A stretch of DNA of 63,013 nucleotides, filler included, from Octopus bimaculoides (Eukaryota), in NCBI RefSeq assembly GCF_001194135.2. It is 8 parts of 8 records of this genome, joined end to end, with 100 filler letters (N's around TTAATTAATTAA, not from the genome) between each part and the next. Parts side by side here need not be neighbours in the genome. Positions count along the whole stretch, not along the records: positions 1 to 17,319 come from NC_068991.1; 7 more parts are not named here. The stretch is one strand, 5' to 3'. Of this stretch, positions 1-12,416 are shown one piece after another. The notes below the pieces were generated by a model. It saw only the letters and a list, made by a program, of their open reading frames with translations. It searched no databases and was not told where the DNA came from. A program made the position numbers and the translations under genes. Position 1 is the stretch's first letter. The number at the start of each line of letters is the position of its first letter.

Positions 1-26
1 GATGGCTTTCGTTTTCACAAGTCCCT

Positions 27-52
27 CTTTATTATTATTATTATTATTATCA

Positions 53-134
<82 letters not shown>

Positions 135-150
135 CATCATCATCATCATC
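27..150. repeat. (ATT)n/(ATC)n microsatellite, the 3' tail/target of the adjacent R4/Dong LINE
   Basis: Direct reading of a tandem ATT tract ending in ATC repeats, abutting the 3' end of the LINE. Confidence 0.95.
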
Positions 151-3100
151 CTCATTCAATAGACTTCTATTTATCACATGCTTTCACTGCACTATTGAGC
201 ACAGCTCTGTGTACTTTAGGTATGTGCTGTGGTTTGCTTTGATGCTCTTATTGTTACTGTATTGAAAGTGTTTTACGTAGGATGTGTCCGGTGCCTAGTA
301 GTGCTATTTTCTGTATGTTATATATACTTGTTAGTTCTGGTGTTTTTGTTATATATTTGTCTGAAAGTTTTTTTTATCATACTTAATGTGCCTACTATGA
401 TAGGACTTGCTTCTGTTTTTAGACTGCACATTCGAGTTAACTCTATTACCAGGTTTTTGTATTTTGAATGTTTTTCCGTTTCTTTTAAAGAAACATTGTC
501 ATCTGTTGGCATTGATAAATCAATTAGAAAGCAATTTTTTCTTGGTGATCTCTGACAACTATATCCGGCCTATTGGCCTTAATTTGTCTATTTGTGTGTA
601 TTGACATATCCCAGAGTATGGTTGCTTTCTAGTTTCCTGTGACCTTTCTGGCGTCTGTCTATACCATCATATTTCTGTTTTTATTCCATAGTGTTGGCAT
701 AGCTTCCAGTGTATACAGATCCCAACTTTTTTTGTGTCTGCGAATATATTCCTTCCTAGCCAGGGCTGGGCAGCCAGAGATAATATGGTTTATTGTTTCT
801 TGTCCATCTCTACATATTCTGCAGTTGGTAATTTTTGGTAATTTCTGGTAGGGAGGCTTTGGTCTTGTGCGGCAATTAAAAATCCTTCAGCCCTTTTGCT
901 TTGAGTCCTGCGCCTCTTAACCATTGTTGGGATTTTGCTTTGTCTATTTCTTTTCCGCTTAGTTTAACCCAGTATCTGCCATAAAGTGGGGTTTCTTGGC
1001 ATCATGATATACTGCTGTTCCAGTTCTAGCTTGGATTTAAGTTGTTTTACAGCTTTTACTACTTCTTCTTTTTCTTCACAGTTGTTAGGTACTATGACTT
1101 CTTTTTTGTATTTGTCAACTTCCTTAAAGACTGGAAATAAATTGTTTTGTTTTGTTCGTGTTTTGTGGCTATTTGTATTAGTTTTCCTTGCTTCTGGAGT
1201 AGGTATTTTTGCAGTCCTATGGTAGTTATTTTATAATAGCTTTCTAGCTGTATAAGGCCTTTACCACCTTCAATACGCTGAATATATAACCTTTTCTAGA
1301 AAGGTTATATACATAAACTTTCTATAACAGATTTTGGGCGGGGCATCCTAAATCCTGTCATTATTTTTCTTGTTTCCTGTCTATTTTGATTAGTTCATTT
1401 AGTGTCCAGTTAAGAATATTGTAGTCGTAACTTGTAACTGGGATGACTATTATCTTGGTATATGCATTGAGCTCTGTTTTCAGTATTAATCTAACTTATC
1501 TATCGTATTCTTTTCTTATCTTCTCTTTCATTTGTGTGTGTTGTATCATACTAGTTCATTGATTCTGAAGTAATTTATGTCTGGCTTTGGTCTAATTCTC
1601 ATATTTCATTTGTTTTATCTAGTTTGATGTTGCTACTCTTATGTTAACTAGTTTTCCTCTTTTCAAGGTTGCTTGGACACATTTTTCTAAACCAAATTTC
1701 ATATTTCTTTCTTTGGTAAATCCATTTACCGTCTGTAGTAAGGTTTCCAGTTGTTTATCATTTGTAGCGTACAGTTTTACATCATCTATATATAAGAGAT
1801 GGCTGATTGTTTTGCCGTAACAGTTGTATCCACATTCAGTTCTGTTTAGCATGTCAGATAAAAGTTTCAGTAAAAGGAGTGGCGAGTGTGTCTCCCTGGA
1901 ATATTTCTCTACTAATCGAGATGGTTTTGTTTTTTATGAGTCCCTGTTTTATCTTGAGCTGTACCACTGTCTACCATTTATTTATGGAATGGTTGATATT
2001 TTATGATCATTGGTGCTACCTTGTTCATGGCTAGTATTTCTTGGCAATCGATCCAGGCGATACTCACGCCACCCTTCTTTTTGTGGCTGTCTTTAGTTAT
2101 GGCTTTATTGATCAGTAGCTGATCTTTACAGCTGTATGAGCCATTGTAGCATCCCTTCTGCTCTTCTGGAAACAGTTTGTTTTCTTGCTCATTCTCTGCG
2201 ATATTATTGCAGTAAAGGCTTTGTAAATTGCAGTAAAGGCTTTGTAAATTGTAGGCAAGTAATCGATCTGTAATTTTGTGGGTTTGCCTTTTCAGTGGAT
2301 TTGAGAATTAGGAGAGTTTTCCCTTCCGTGAGCCATTCAGGCCTTGTCTCTGGTTCTGCTTGTATTACATTAAATTCCTCAGCCAGCTTTTTATGTGCTC
2401 CTGTTAGGTATTTTTACCAGAAGTTGGGAATTTTGTCGTGTTCGGGTGCAACATGCAGTGTGATGTTGCTACTCTTAACTAGTTTTCCTCTTTTCAAGGT
2501 TGCTTGGATACATTTGTCTAAGCCAAATTTCATATTTATTTCTTTGGTAAATCCATTTACTGCCTGTAGTAAGGTTTCCAGCTGCTTATCGTTTGTAGCG
2601 TACTGTTTCTGCAGTGCCTGGTTGATCTCTTCATTTGTTACAGGGCTTCAGAACTGTTCAGGTGCTATGTTCGTTGTTTTGTTAGACCTTTTCTGAGGTT
2701 GTCTCTTCGCCGACCATATTTCTTCCCAAGATTATTCCACTTCTTCTGTTGGTGCTGCATTGATCTCTGTTTAATTTTGCCAGGTTCTTTGTAGAATCTT
2801 TTGGAGTTGGAGTTGAATTGTTTACTTTGTTCAAAGAAACGTTAGAGTTTCTCATACCGGCAGATTCTTTATGCTTTGGCGAAGATATCTTGCTTTAGCT
2901 GTTCTTTTACCTCAGATATACCTTGTTCTGTAATTTCGTATTTACATAGTATTTTCTTCACTGCTTGTTACTTAGTAATGTTGATTATCTAATTGTTTCA
3001 TTAAGGATTGACAGATCCTTTCTCTTAATTTCAATTTTTTCCTAGATATTATTTATCCATAGGGTTTTTGGGGTGGTGATACTCATGTTTGGATGGGCTT

Positions 3101-3333
3101 TAGGAGGTATCGAGCTTCTTTTGTGGCTACAGAGGCGGCTGCATATATTATATCATTTAGCCTGGTCATATTGACATTTGTATCTGTGGCTATTAGATCT
3201 CTAGGGCCTGGTACATACTATTTATTATTGGTGTTGTTTTATTATCAATTTTAATTTTTTGGAGGTACAGTCGGTGCTCCATACTGAGACCTGTGGCTTT
3301 TAATTCTTTGATTATTCTCTTTTTTAGAGTACC
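151..3333 (-). mobile_element. Degenerate R4/Dong-clade non-LTR retrotransposon (RT, CCHC knuckle, restriction-like endonuclease), subfamily A
   Basis: Minus-strand translations show RT motifs NYRSITCL, IFQGDT and HLLYIDDVKLY..KFGLEKC (ORF 1619-1852), then EGFLIAAQDQSLPTRNY, knuckle ETINHIISGCPALARKEYIRRH and RLE PTDDNVSLKETEKHSKYKNL..PIIVGTL (ORF 318-512). Many stops and frameshifts. Confidence 0.9.
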
Positions 3334-3365
3334 ATAATAACAACAACAACAACAACAATAATAAC

Positions 3366-3422
<57 letters not shown>

Positions 3423-3453
3423 TATTATTATTATTATTATTATTATCATTATT
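3334..3453. repeat. (CAA)n(AAT)n followed head-to-head by (ATT)n microsatellite
   Basis: AAT tract to about 3420 switches directly into an ATT tract. Confidence 0.95.
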
Positions 3454-3990
3454 GAGTGAGAGAGCAGTACATGCTATCAAAGTGACACTGGGGAACAAAT
3501 ATACGAAGACCAGTATACCCATCTTATATACACGTCTCATAAGGTCACGCGAGGCACATGCATCACAACCATATGTGCGCGACATGGTGATCTCATATGA
3601 AGATGATCATTGCATGACCTTGTATGTGGGGCCCATTTAGAATTTGCTTCATATCGAGTAGTTCATCCCTCTCAAATAGTTTTTGAATAAGAGTTGTTTA
3701 AGGATGTTGAACAAAAACACCCATGTTTCCATACGTGAATTATTCAAGCTCCAAAGAATTCCTCTCAACACAAGGCTATGATGCTCCCCCACTAGTTTTG
3801 TTCGTGATCAGAGATGCACATATCGTCAGCCACCAAAGGACATGGTTAAGGCCAAATATCTGACAAGGAAATCTGTGGTATTGAGCAGACTATTTGTTGT
3901 AGTCCATCTTTTATACCAAGACAAAACAATGTACATGATAACACTTCCAATCAATTAAGATCAGAAACCATGAGAGCCACTGCCTGGTAC
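3454..3990. repeat. Unclassified ~540-bp interspersed repeat, copy 1
   Basis: Collinear similarity to 50148-50652 (shared gtgacactggg, cacatgcatcacaacc, gtttaaggatgttgaa, cacccatgtttcc, atctgtggtattgagcaga, taagatcagaa). Confidence 0.8.
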
Positions 3991-4074
<84 letters not shown>

Positions 4075-4075
4075 N
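3991..4075. repeat. (ATT)n microsatellite running into an assembly gap
   Basis: Direct reading. Confidence 0.95.
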
Positions 4076-4667
4076 NNNNNNNNNNNNNNNNNNNNNNNNN
4101 NNNNNNNNNNNNNNNNNNNNNNNNNNNNNNNNNNNNNNNNNNNNNNNNNNNNNNNNNNNNNNNNNNNNNNNNNNNNNNNNNNNNNNNNNNNNNNNNNNNN
4201 NNNNNNNNNNNNNNNNNNNNNNNNNNNNNNNNNNNNNNNNNNNNNNNNNNNNNNNNNNNNNNNNNNNNNNNNNNNNNNNNNNNNNNNNNNNNNNNNNNNN
4301 NNNNNNNNNNNNNNNNNNNNNNNNNNNNNNNNNNNNNNNNNNNNNNNNNNNNNNNNNNNNNNNNNNNNNNNNNNNNNNNNNNNNNNNNNNNNNNNNNNNN
4401 NNNNNNNNNNNNNNNNNNNNNNNNNNNNNNNNNNNNNNNNNNNNNNNNNNNNNNNNNNNNNNNNNNNNNNNNNNNNNNNNNNNNNNNNNNNNNNNNNNNN
4501 NNNNNNNNNNNNNNNNNNNNNNNNNNNNNNNNNNNNNNNNNNNNNNNNNNNNNNNNNNNNNNNNNNNNNNNNNNNNNNNNNNNNNNNNNNNNNNNNNNNN
4601 NNNNNNNNNNNNNNNNNNNNNNNNNNNNNNNNNNNNNNNNNNNNNNNNNNNNNNNNNNNNNNNNNNT

Positions 4668-4843
4668 TTGAGATCACATAGACAGTATTTTACGTAGGAT
4701 ATGGGCAGTTCCCATGAGCACTATCTTTTGAACTTCAGCCATTTTGGGGTTTCCTGGTATTTGAGCTAGGTAGTAATCAGCCCGTTTCGCTGTCATTCCC
4801 AGGGCACCTATGACAATAGGTATTGTTTTCGTGTTCAGTATTG
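4668..4843 (-). mobile_element. R4/Dong-type LINE 3' coding fragment (RLE end), subfamily B
   Basis: Minus ORF reads TIPIVIGALGMTAKRADYYLAQIPGNPKMAEVQKIVLMGTAHILRKILSM*, bounded by (TAA)n at its 5' side. Confidence 0.85.
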
Positions 4844-4846
4844 TTG

Positions 4847-4914
<68 letters not shown>

Positions 4915-6042
4915 TGTTTTGACCTTTGCTTTGTATTTGTACAAGTTGTCTCCAAGTCTCACCCAGGGACCTCAAGAGACAAGTTAGAAGCTCATGTCGG
5001 TGTTATGCCTTGGGTGTTATATATTTTGTCTTGCATATAGTATTGTTCTAGAAAATGATTAGGAAAACATAAGAAAATTATGAGTTTGTTCTAAAATTTG
5101 AGATTACAGTACTTTACATAGGATATGGGCAGTTCTCATGAGGACTATCTTGAATTTCTGCTATTTGGGAGTTCGTGGTATCTGAGCTAGGTAGGAGTCA
5201 GCCCCTTTTGTTATCATTCCTAGGGCACCTATGACAACAGATATTGCTTTAGTCTTGAGGTTCCACATTTTGCTAATTTCTATTTCAAGATATTTATATT
5301 TGTTTAGTGTTTAGTAGGCCTTGGCAGATACATTTATATCTATTGGGACTGTCAAATCAATGAGGAGACACGATTTTTGTCTGAAGTCTTTCAATATAAT
5401 GTCTGGCCGATTCGCATCTATCTTTCTCTCAGTTTGAATGGTGAAGTTTCAGAGGAGTGAGATGCGGTCATTTTGAAGCACTGAATGTGGTTCGTATTCC
5501 CACCAGGTTTTATCATAGAGTAGGTCCAGGTTTTTGCAAATTACCAAGTGAATATACTGTGCTGCTCTATCGTGCCTGTTGAAATACTTTGTTGGCGCAA
5601 GAAGACTGCACATGGAGACAACATGATCAATGGTTTCACTTTGTTGTTTACATATACGACCTGTTGAGCTACAACCGTTCTTTAATATGTTGGCCTGGTA
5701 GGTAGGCATTGATCTTGGGCTGCTATAATAAACCCTTCTGTTTCTGATTTTAAGCCAGAAGACATTAACCATTGATGGGCAATGGTTTTGTCAACATCGC
5801 CATTATTAACTCTGTTTGAGTATTTTCCATTGAGAGGTCTTTCTTGCAATTTATCAGTAAGAATATATAAGGCAGCAGTTTTAGCACGGGTTTTCATAGG
5901 CTTAGCTTTTTCTGTGCTTGTTTCTAATACGTCAAATTATGGAATTTGTTGTATTTGGAATTCACTTAGATATCCCTTTGTCTGTTTTGTTACTGAGTAT
6001 GATGCTTTCTTGTTTCTTTAAGACAAGTTTTAACATCACGTC

Positions 6043-6043
<1 letters not shown>
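4915..6043 (-). mobile_element. 5'-truncated R4/Dong-type LINE with 3'UTR and (TAA)n tail, subfamily B
   Basis: ORFs 5682-5897 (LKSETEGFIIAAQDQCLPTR) and 5449-5772 (CKQQSETIDHVVSMCSLLAPTKYFNRHD). The RLE end matches 4668-4843. (ATT)n on both sides (4844-4914, 6044-6123). Confidence 0.88.
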
Positions 6044-6123
<80 letters not shown>

Positions 6124-6560
6124 GTGATCAAAACTCTCTGCTTATTTTGTTGGATATGATGGAAATTGTCAGTTGTCTACAGTCATCAGACTAAGGTGAC
6201 AATTGTGTACTGGTCATGCTTCAAGAATCCTGCAAAACATTCTTGGAGTTCCAAGCAATTGTGATTTTTGTAGGTGTTCTATCTTTACACTTGCACCAGT
6301 CTTTTTGACCGACGTTGGTAGTTGAGTGCTGATACTTCCAAGTGCGCCAATTACTATTGGCATCACGTCTGCTCTCATCATTGACCACAACCTTCGTATT
6401 TCCCACTTCAAATCGTCGTGGTTGTTCAGTTTTTCCTCTTTCTCTTTGATCCTTTTGTCACCGGGACATACTATGTCGATTATCATGCAAGTTTATGTAG
6501 GGAATCCTTATTGCAGTTGTCCGTTATTTATTTACTGTTATTGTGATTGTCTTCAGTAAA
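6124..6560 (-). mobile_element. R4/Dong-type LINE 3' fragment, subfamily C
   Basis: ORF 6214-6486 reads IIDIVCPGDKRIKEKEEK..DDLKWEIRRLW..PIVIGALGSI, a restriction-like endonuclease domain; its 3' end abuts (TAA)n. Confidence 0.85.
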
Positions 6561-6964
6561 TATGATATTAACTTCAGAATGCAACTACAAGTCAGCTGAT
6601 CTCATATTTTTAGAAGAAACACACTGGGATATTGAAGTATTTAAGCTTTTATAAACGTTGTTAGGTAGCTAAGTAAAATTTAATATCTTTTAATCTAGAA
6701 ACCGTGTAACGAAATGAAAAGAAAGTTATTTAAAGCACATCGTAATAACTTTGTTGGGAAGGCGGTGCTACTCGTTGATTACAGGACCTGCAGATATGCC
6801 TGGTACTGTTTTAGCAACCCATATTATAATAAAACGAAAGTCAAACTAGCTATGATTTGAATTACGCCTGGAAGTTTGGAAATAGCCGTTGTCGTGTACT
6901 GAATTGCCTTTTACATTTCCCTGCCATAGATATTGTTTAATGATCAGTAAAGCAAACAGTTGCA

Positions 6965-7430
6965 AGACGTACCGATTACACTGGAGTGAAAACTAATTCA
7001 GTAGAACACCCCTGACAATATATGGGATATGTGCAATCAGAAAATGGAGTATGCGAAGCAAAAATCAAAGGGAAGGAGATTGCTAGAAAGCGATTGAACA
7101 AAAGAATAAATAAAAACCAAAAATTTGGCAAATATGCAAACATCAAGAAACATTCATATCAGAACTTTAAAGGTTATTAAAGCGTAATGTATCGTCCACT
7201 CTATGGAACTGAAATACTAACATTAATAAACGTATTAACAAATAGATTAGATGGCTTTGACATGTGGACACGTAGAAGACTTCTGAGAATATCATGGACA
7301 GAAACCAACACCAATGATAAAACACAAAGGATAGCGAATTCTAAGAAAATTTTATTCGATGTCGTCAAAGAAAGAAAACTACAATATGTTGACTTATTTT
7401 CTAAAATAGCTTACAGAGAGTGTTAAAAGA
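6965..7430 (+). mobile_element. RTE-clade LINE fragment (C-terminal RT/thumb region)
   Basis: ORF 7187-7426 reads LYGTEILTL..RLDGFDMWTRRRLLRISWTE..KERKLQY, typical of RTE ORF ends. Confidence 0.75.
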
Positions 7431-7587
7431 AAAGAAATTGGATGAAGAAGCGAGAATGAGGAAAAGTAACAATTCCATTGATAGAGAGTATCATGAAGTT
7501 GACAGACATAAAATATAGTGAATGAATGAAGACACAAAGACCAAGATCGTATGCATGAGATTCGATCTGCTTGAGAGCGGTCAGTAT

Positions 7588-7805
7588 ATGTTGATGATGG
7601 TGATGATGATGATGATGACGACGACCGAGAGATGATGATGATAAAATGGAGAACGACGACGATTATGACGATGATGACGACGAAGACAAAGACGAGGACG
7701 TCGACATGGTGACGACGACGGCGAGGATGACGACGACGACGACGACGACGAAGACAAGGAAGCCGACGTGAGGACAACCACGACGACGATGATGACGGTG
7801 GCGAC

Positions 7806-7865
<60 letters not shown>

Positions 7866-7866
7866 A
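7588..7866. repeat. Compound (GAT)n/(GAC)n microsatellite
   Basis: Direct reading. Confidence 0.9.
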
Positions 7867-9032
7867 TAACGGACCCTCTAATACGATTATAAAGTATGTT
7901 TGGGATGTTGCTGCAAAACGGGTTGGATACCGTATTGTTACAAGAATTTTTGTGGTTTATTGAAAAAACAAAGCGAACACCTACTAACTTTTTTCAGGGT
8001 TTTGGTCACGACCAGAAGAAAGGAAGAAATTATTGCTCAATAGAATGGAGCCTTCGTCCGAATGTTCGCAACAAGATGGACTTGCTTAAAGTTAAAAAAC
8101 GACCAGGCAGATGGTGGTGTTAAACAGGTTGAAGGTGGTTGAAGTTTACTGTGTGTATTGTGATCAGAAATAAATCCGGTAGACATTTTAAATTCCATCA
8201 GGAATGAGAAGCTTTCACATATATTACAAAAATTATAGTGTTAACTATCATATGATAAGTAACGTAGGCAGTAACCTTTTGCTACCATGGGTAAAGTAGA
8301 ATACATGCAATAATTATAATTTCACTTTTATCATATTTCAAATGACGACATGAATGTTAATTTTCAAAAGGAAAATATTCATTCTATAAACAATTATCAA
8401 TACATTCAAATGGAAAAAACGTAATTTGGAATAAAAATTACTCTCCATGTTCATTTTATATTATTGAAGTTCACACACCACCATCACCACCAAATTTCTC
8501 TCCATCTTTATGCGTGTGTATTTGTGTTTGTTAAATCACATTGCTGCAATAATGTGTATAATATAATATAGCATAATAACATTAAGCAGTTAGTAGCTGA
8601 TAAGGACGTGCTGAAACAATTGTAGTAATTTGGAATAAATCCTGTTCATTCTATCTCTCGTGTTAAAATTATTTTATGAATACTCTACTGATAATTGCAG
8701 ATTTCCGCATGTTTATACAGTAGAAATAGAAGAGCAACTGTATAATGTAGCATTTGGCTGCTAATATCTGACGAAAAACTTTTGAAAGGACGCTGCAATG
8801 TTTATTACCCAAGAAACATTCAATTACACATACACACGCACATACACACACATTCACACACACATACTCTCACACATACGCACACGCACACATTTGTTAT
8901 TCTTTATATAATTTTACATGTTTCAGGCCTTTGACTACGGTCATGCTGTAGCACCGGGCTGAAGGGTCTTAATTGAACAAATCGATCCCAGGACTTAAAA
9001 CCGCTAAGATACAGGGAATCTTTGCAAGCATA

Positions 9033-9366
9033 GTTGTGTGGTAGGAAGCTTGTTTCCCAATCACATGGTTCCGTGTTCTGTCCCACTGCATGGAACCTTA
9101 AGCAGGTGTTTTCTACTATAGCCTCGGGCCAACCAAAGCCTTGTGAGTGGATTTAGTAGACGGAAACGGAAAGAAGCCTGTCGTATGTATGTGTATATAT
9201 ATATATATTTGTATGTGTGTCTTCTATCACCACTGGACAACCGGTGATGGTGTGTTTACAATCCCGCAACTTAGCAGTTTGGCCAAATTGACCGATAGAA
9301 TAAGTACCAGGCTTTAAAAAATAAGTACTAAGTTCGATTCATTCAAGTAAAAGAAATTAAAGGCGG
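9033..9366 (+). mobile_element. tRNA-derived SINE family B (internal microsatellite)
   Basis: Pol III-like head, ctactatagcctcgggcc..ccaaagccttgtgagtggattt..gacggaaac, then gaccgatagaataagtac; matches other copies in the window. Confidence 0.8.
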
Positions 9367-9654
9367 TGGTAACAACGAAGAGAGAAGGTGAGTAGGAGTG
9401 AACGTGGAAATCAACTCGTGATCGAGTAAGACCACTTTCTAAACTTAGTAAGTCCATGCAAACGTTCTGAGACTCCAAGAAGTTCCTGTGCGTGAACTTC
9501 TTTCGAGTGCATAAAATGCTCTACAGAATTGAACCCATTTTTCAGCGCATTCATCTATAAAACCAATGGCACAACAGAGGTTGAGATGCTCAGAAATCTC
9601 CAGTTTTTTTCCCTTTTTTATAGTTTACCTTCTACAACAGATTTTCGCAACTAT

Positions 9655-9900
9655 TTTGTTTATCGATGGACCCTTTGATTTTATTCTGGTTGAGCCCAAA
9701 GCCATTCGATATTTAAAACTAGTTTTATAGATACTTCTTTCAAAATTCCCATTTTGTTTTACACACATTAACTTGTGTGTGTTAAACTATGTAAAATGTT
9801 AAGGAAAGAAACTTAGCTGTTACCTGCAATACATACCAATACATATTTTTAGAGGAAAATCTTTTCAGGGACCCTTAAACCACTGGCCGAGTTCTAACAA
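9655..9900 (+). mobile_element. Fragment of hAT/Charlie-like MITE
   Basis: Internal sequence (aaaactagttttatagatacttctttcaaaattcc..gcaatacataccaatacata) shared with 48599-49385. Confidence 0.65.
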
Positions 9901-10157
9901 GCACTACGGGTCCTTCATTTCTTGCGATTCACGTGATAATTAACACAACACTGGGATCATTAAAGATGCTAATATTCCGAGTCAGAATAGACTTGGGAAC
10001 AATAGTGGTTAAAAATAGTTCCATTGTGAAGGAGGGTTTGTCTGTACACACACAAACACATTCCCTTCGCACTTTATGCGTAGTATTCTTTCACTGATTG
10101 CTCGCTAACAAGTCTTGCATGTGCATTCAACCTGCACCTCTTATATTTTATGTTTTA

Positions 10158-10345
10158 TCATTTACTTGTTTCAGTCATTTGACTGTAGCCATGCTGGGAC
10201 ACCGGCCTGGAAGACAAGTTTAGTTGAATGAATCCGACACCAGGAGTTACTTTTTAAGGCTGGCACTTACTCTGTCGATCTCGTATATTGAACCGCGACA
10301 TTACGGGGTCGTAAACACACCAGCATCGATTGTCAAGCGGTGTGA
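10158..10345 (-). mobile_element. SINE family B, 3' half
   Basis: tttacttgtttcagtcattttgactgtagccatgctgg..gtaaacacaccagcatcg matches the family B 3' end. Confidence 0.75.
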
Positions 10346-10350
10346 ACACA

Positions 10351-10392
<42 letters not shown>

Positions 10393-10936
10393 CACACACA
10401 CACACNNNNNNNNNNNNNNNNNNNNNNNNNNNNNNNNNNNNNNNNNNNNNNNNNNNNNNNNNNNNNNNNNNNNNNNNNNNNNNNNNNNNNNNNNNNNNNN
10501 NNNNNNNNNNNNNNNNNNNNNNNNNNNNNNNNNNNNNNNNNNNNNNNNNNNNNNNNNNNNNNNNNNNNNNNNNNNNNNNNNNNNNNNNNNNNNNNNNNNN
10601 NNNNNNNNNNNNNNNNNNNNNNNNNNNNNNNNNNNNNNNNNNNNNNNNNNNNNNNNNNNNNNNNNNNNNNNNNNNNNNNNNNNNNNNNNNNNNNNNNNNN
10701 NNNNNNNNNNATATATATATATATATATATATATAAAGTCAAGGTAGAATAGAAAATGCTAAAAGTACCAGTTTCAGTCATTGAGACTTTTTCAACTGTA
10801 AGTATGGAAAACAATTAAATTTTGGAAAAATTAAAAGAAAAGTTTTTTAAAAGAATGTTTGCATAGTGCTCAAATACAAAGAGGATTTCCTTGTTTCTGC
10901 CTGTTTCTGTCTCTCTTGTTTACTCTTGTGGGTTCG

Positions 10937-11539
10937 AGGTCGTTGTGAATTCTTGGTAGGGAAGAAGAAGCAGAAGATGAAGGAGAAGAAGGAGAAGAAG
11001 AAGAAGAAGAAGAGGAAGAGGAAGTGGAAGAGGAAGAAGAAGGAGAAGAAGAAGAACAAGAACAAGAACAAGAAGAACAAGAACAAGAACAAGAACAAGA
11101 ACAGATAGAACGAGAAGAACAAGAACAAGAACAAGAAGAACGAGAAGAAGAGAAGGAGAAGAAGAAGAAGAAGAAGAAGGAAGAGAAGGAGAAGAAGGGC
11201 TCTTCTTCGTTCTTCTTCTTCTTCTTCTTCTTCTTCTTCTTCTTCTTCGTTTTCTTCCTCTCCGCCACCTCCTTCCTAACTTTACCACTATTGCTTCTTC
11301 TTCTTCTTCTTCTTCTTCGTTTTCTTCCTCTCCGCCACCTCCTTCCTAACTTTACCACTATTGCTTCTTCTTCTTCGTTTTCTTCCTCTCCGCCACCTCC
11401 ATCCTAACTTTACCACTATTGCTTCTTCTTCTTCTTCTTCTTCTTCTTCTTCTTCTTCTTCTTCTTCTTCTTCTTCTTCTTCTTCTTCTTCTTCTTCTTC
11501 TTCTTCTTCCTCTTCCCTACTAAGAATTCACAACGACCT
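10937..11539. repeat. (GAA)n/(TTC)n fold-back with 29-bp unique inverted arms and an internal ~60-bp unit x3
   Basis: 10937-10965 is the reverse complement of 11511-11539 (28/29). A purine tract flips to a pyrimidine tract near 11199. Confidence 0.85.
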
Positions 11540-11976
11540 AGTTTGTTCAGCAGCAAATTGCAGAGCCGTCTGTTTCGGACTAGCAGAGATTACCACTATA
11601 CCCCCAAGTCGACCAGTGCTTTGTAGGTGAAATTGGCTGGCCGAAACTATGAGAAGCATGTCGTATATTGTGTACGCGCGCGCACGTGTGTTTTATGTGT
11701 GTGTGCGTTTGTTCTCAGCCTGCTGAACACGTGGTGTTGATTTGTTTACTTTCCCATAACTTAACGTATCGACAAAAGTGTGTGATAAAATAAGTCCCAG
11801 ACATTTTAAAAAATCAACCCTAGGATCAATTTGATCAAGGAAACTTTTTTAAAGACTTTGCCACAGCAACGCCTCAATCCAAAGGCTGAAACAAGTAAAA
11901 AAAAAAAAATACAAATACACACACACACATTATAATATCACTGTTTTCTTAGTGATGATATTATGGCCATCTTAAA

Positions 11977-12416
11977 GCGGCGAGCTGGCAGAGACTTTAA
12001 GACGCTGGCCGAAATGCTTAGCGCTATTTTGTCTGTCTTTATGCCCTGAGTTCAAATTTCGCAGCGGTCAGCTTGGCCTTTCAGCCTTTCGGGGTCGATA
12101 AATTAAGTACCAGTTACGCACTGGAGTCGATGTAATCGACTTAATCCGTTTGTCTGTCCTTGTTTGTCCCCTCTGTCTGTAGCCCCTTGTGGGCAGTAAA
12201 GAAATAAGAAATAAGAAACTTTAGCACGCCGGGCGAAATGCTTAGCAGTATTTCGTTTCTCTTCACTTTCTGAGTTCCAATTCTGCGGAGGGCATCTTTG
12301 CTTTTCATCATTTCTAGGTCGATAAATTAAGTACCAGTTGCGTACTGGGGTGGATCTAATCGACTTCCCCCTCCCCCAAAATTTCGGACCTTGTGCCTGG
12401 AGTAGAAAAAAATATT
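11977..12416 (+). mobile_element. Two tandem tRNA-derived SINE family A copies
   Basis: gcggcgagctggcaga..gaaatgcttagc..gagttcaaatt (A/B-box-like)..ggggtcgataaattaagtaccagtt; second copy from about 12218. Confidence 0.85.

Noticed and set aside
9493-9530. Minus-strand hammerhead-like motif (CUGUAGA..GAAA)
   Set aside because: Core mutated, stem II out of register and no stem I pairing.
10847-11630. Overlapping K/E/R/S-rich ORFs
   Set aside because: Low-complexity products of the GAA/TTC fold-back.
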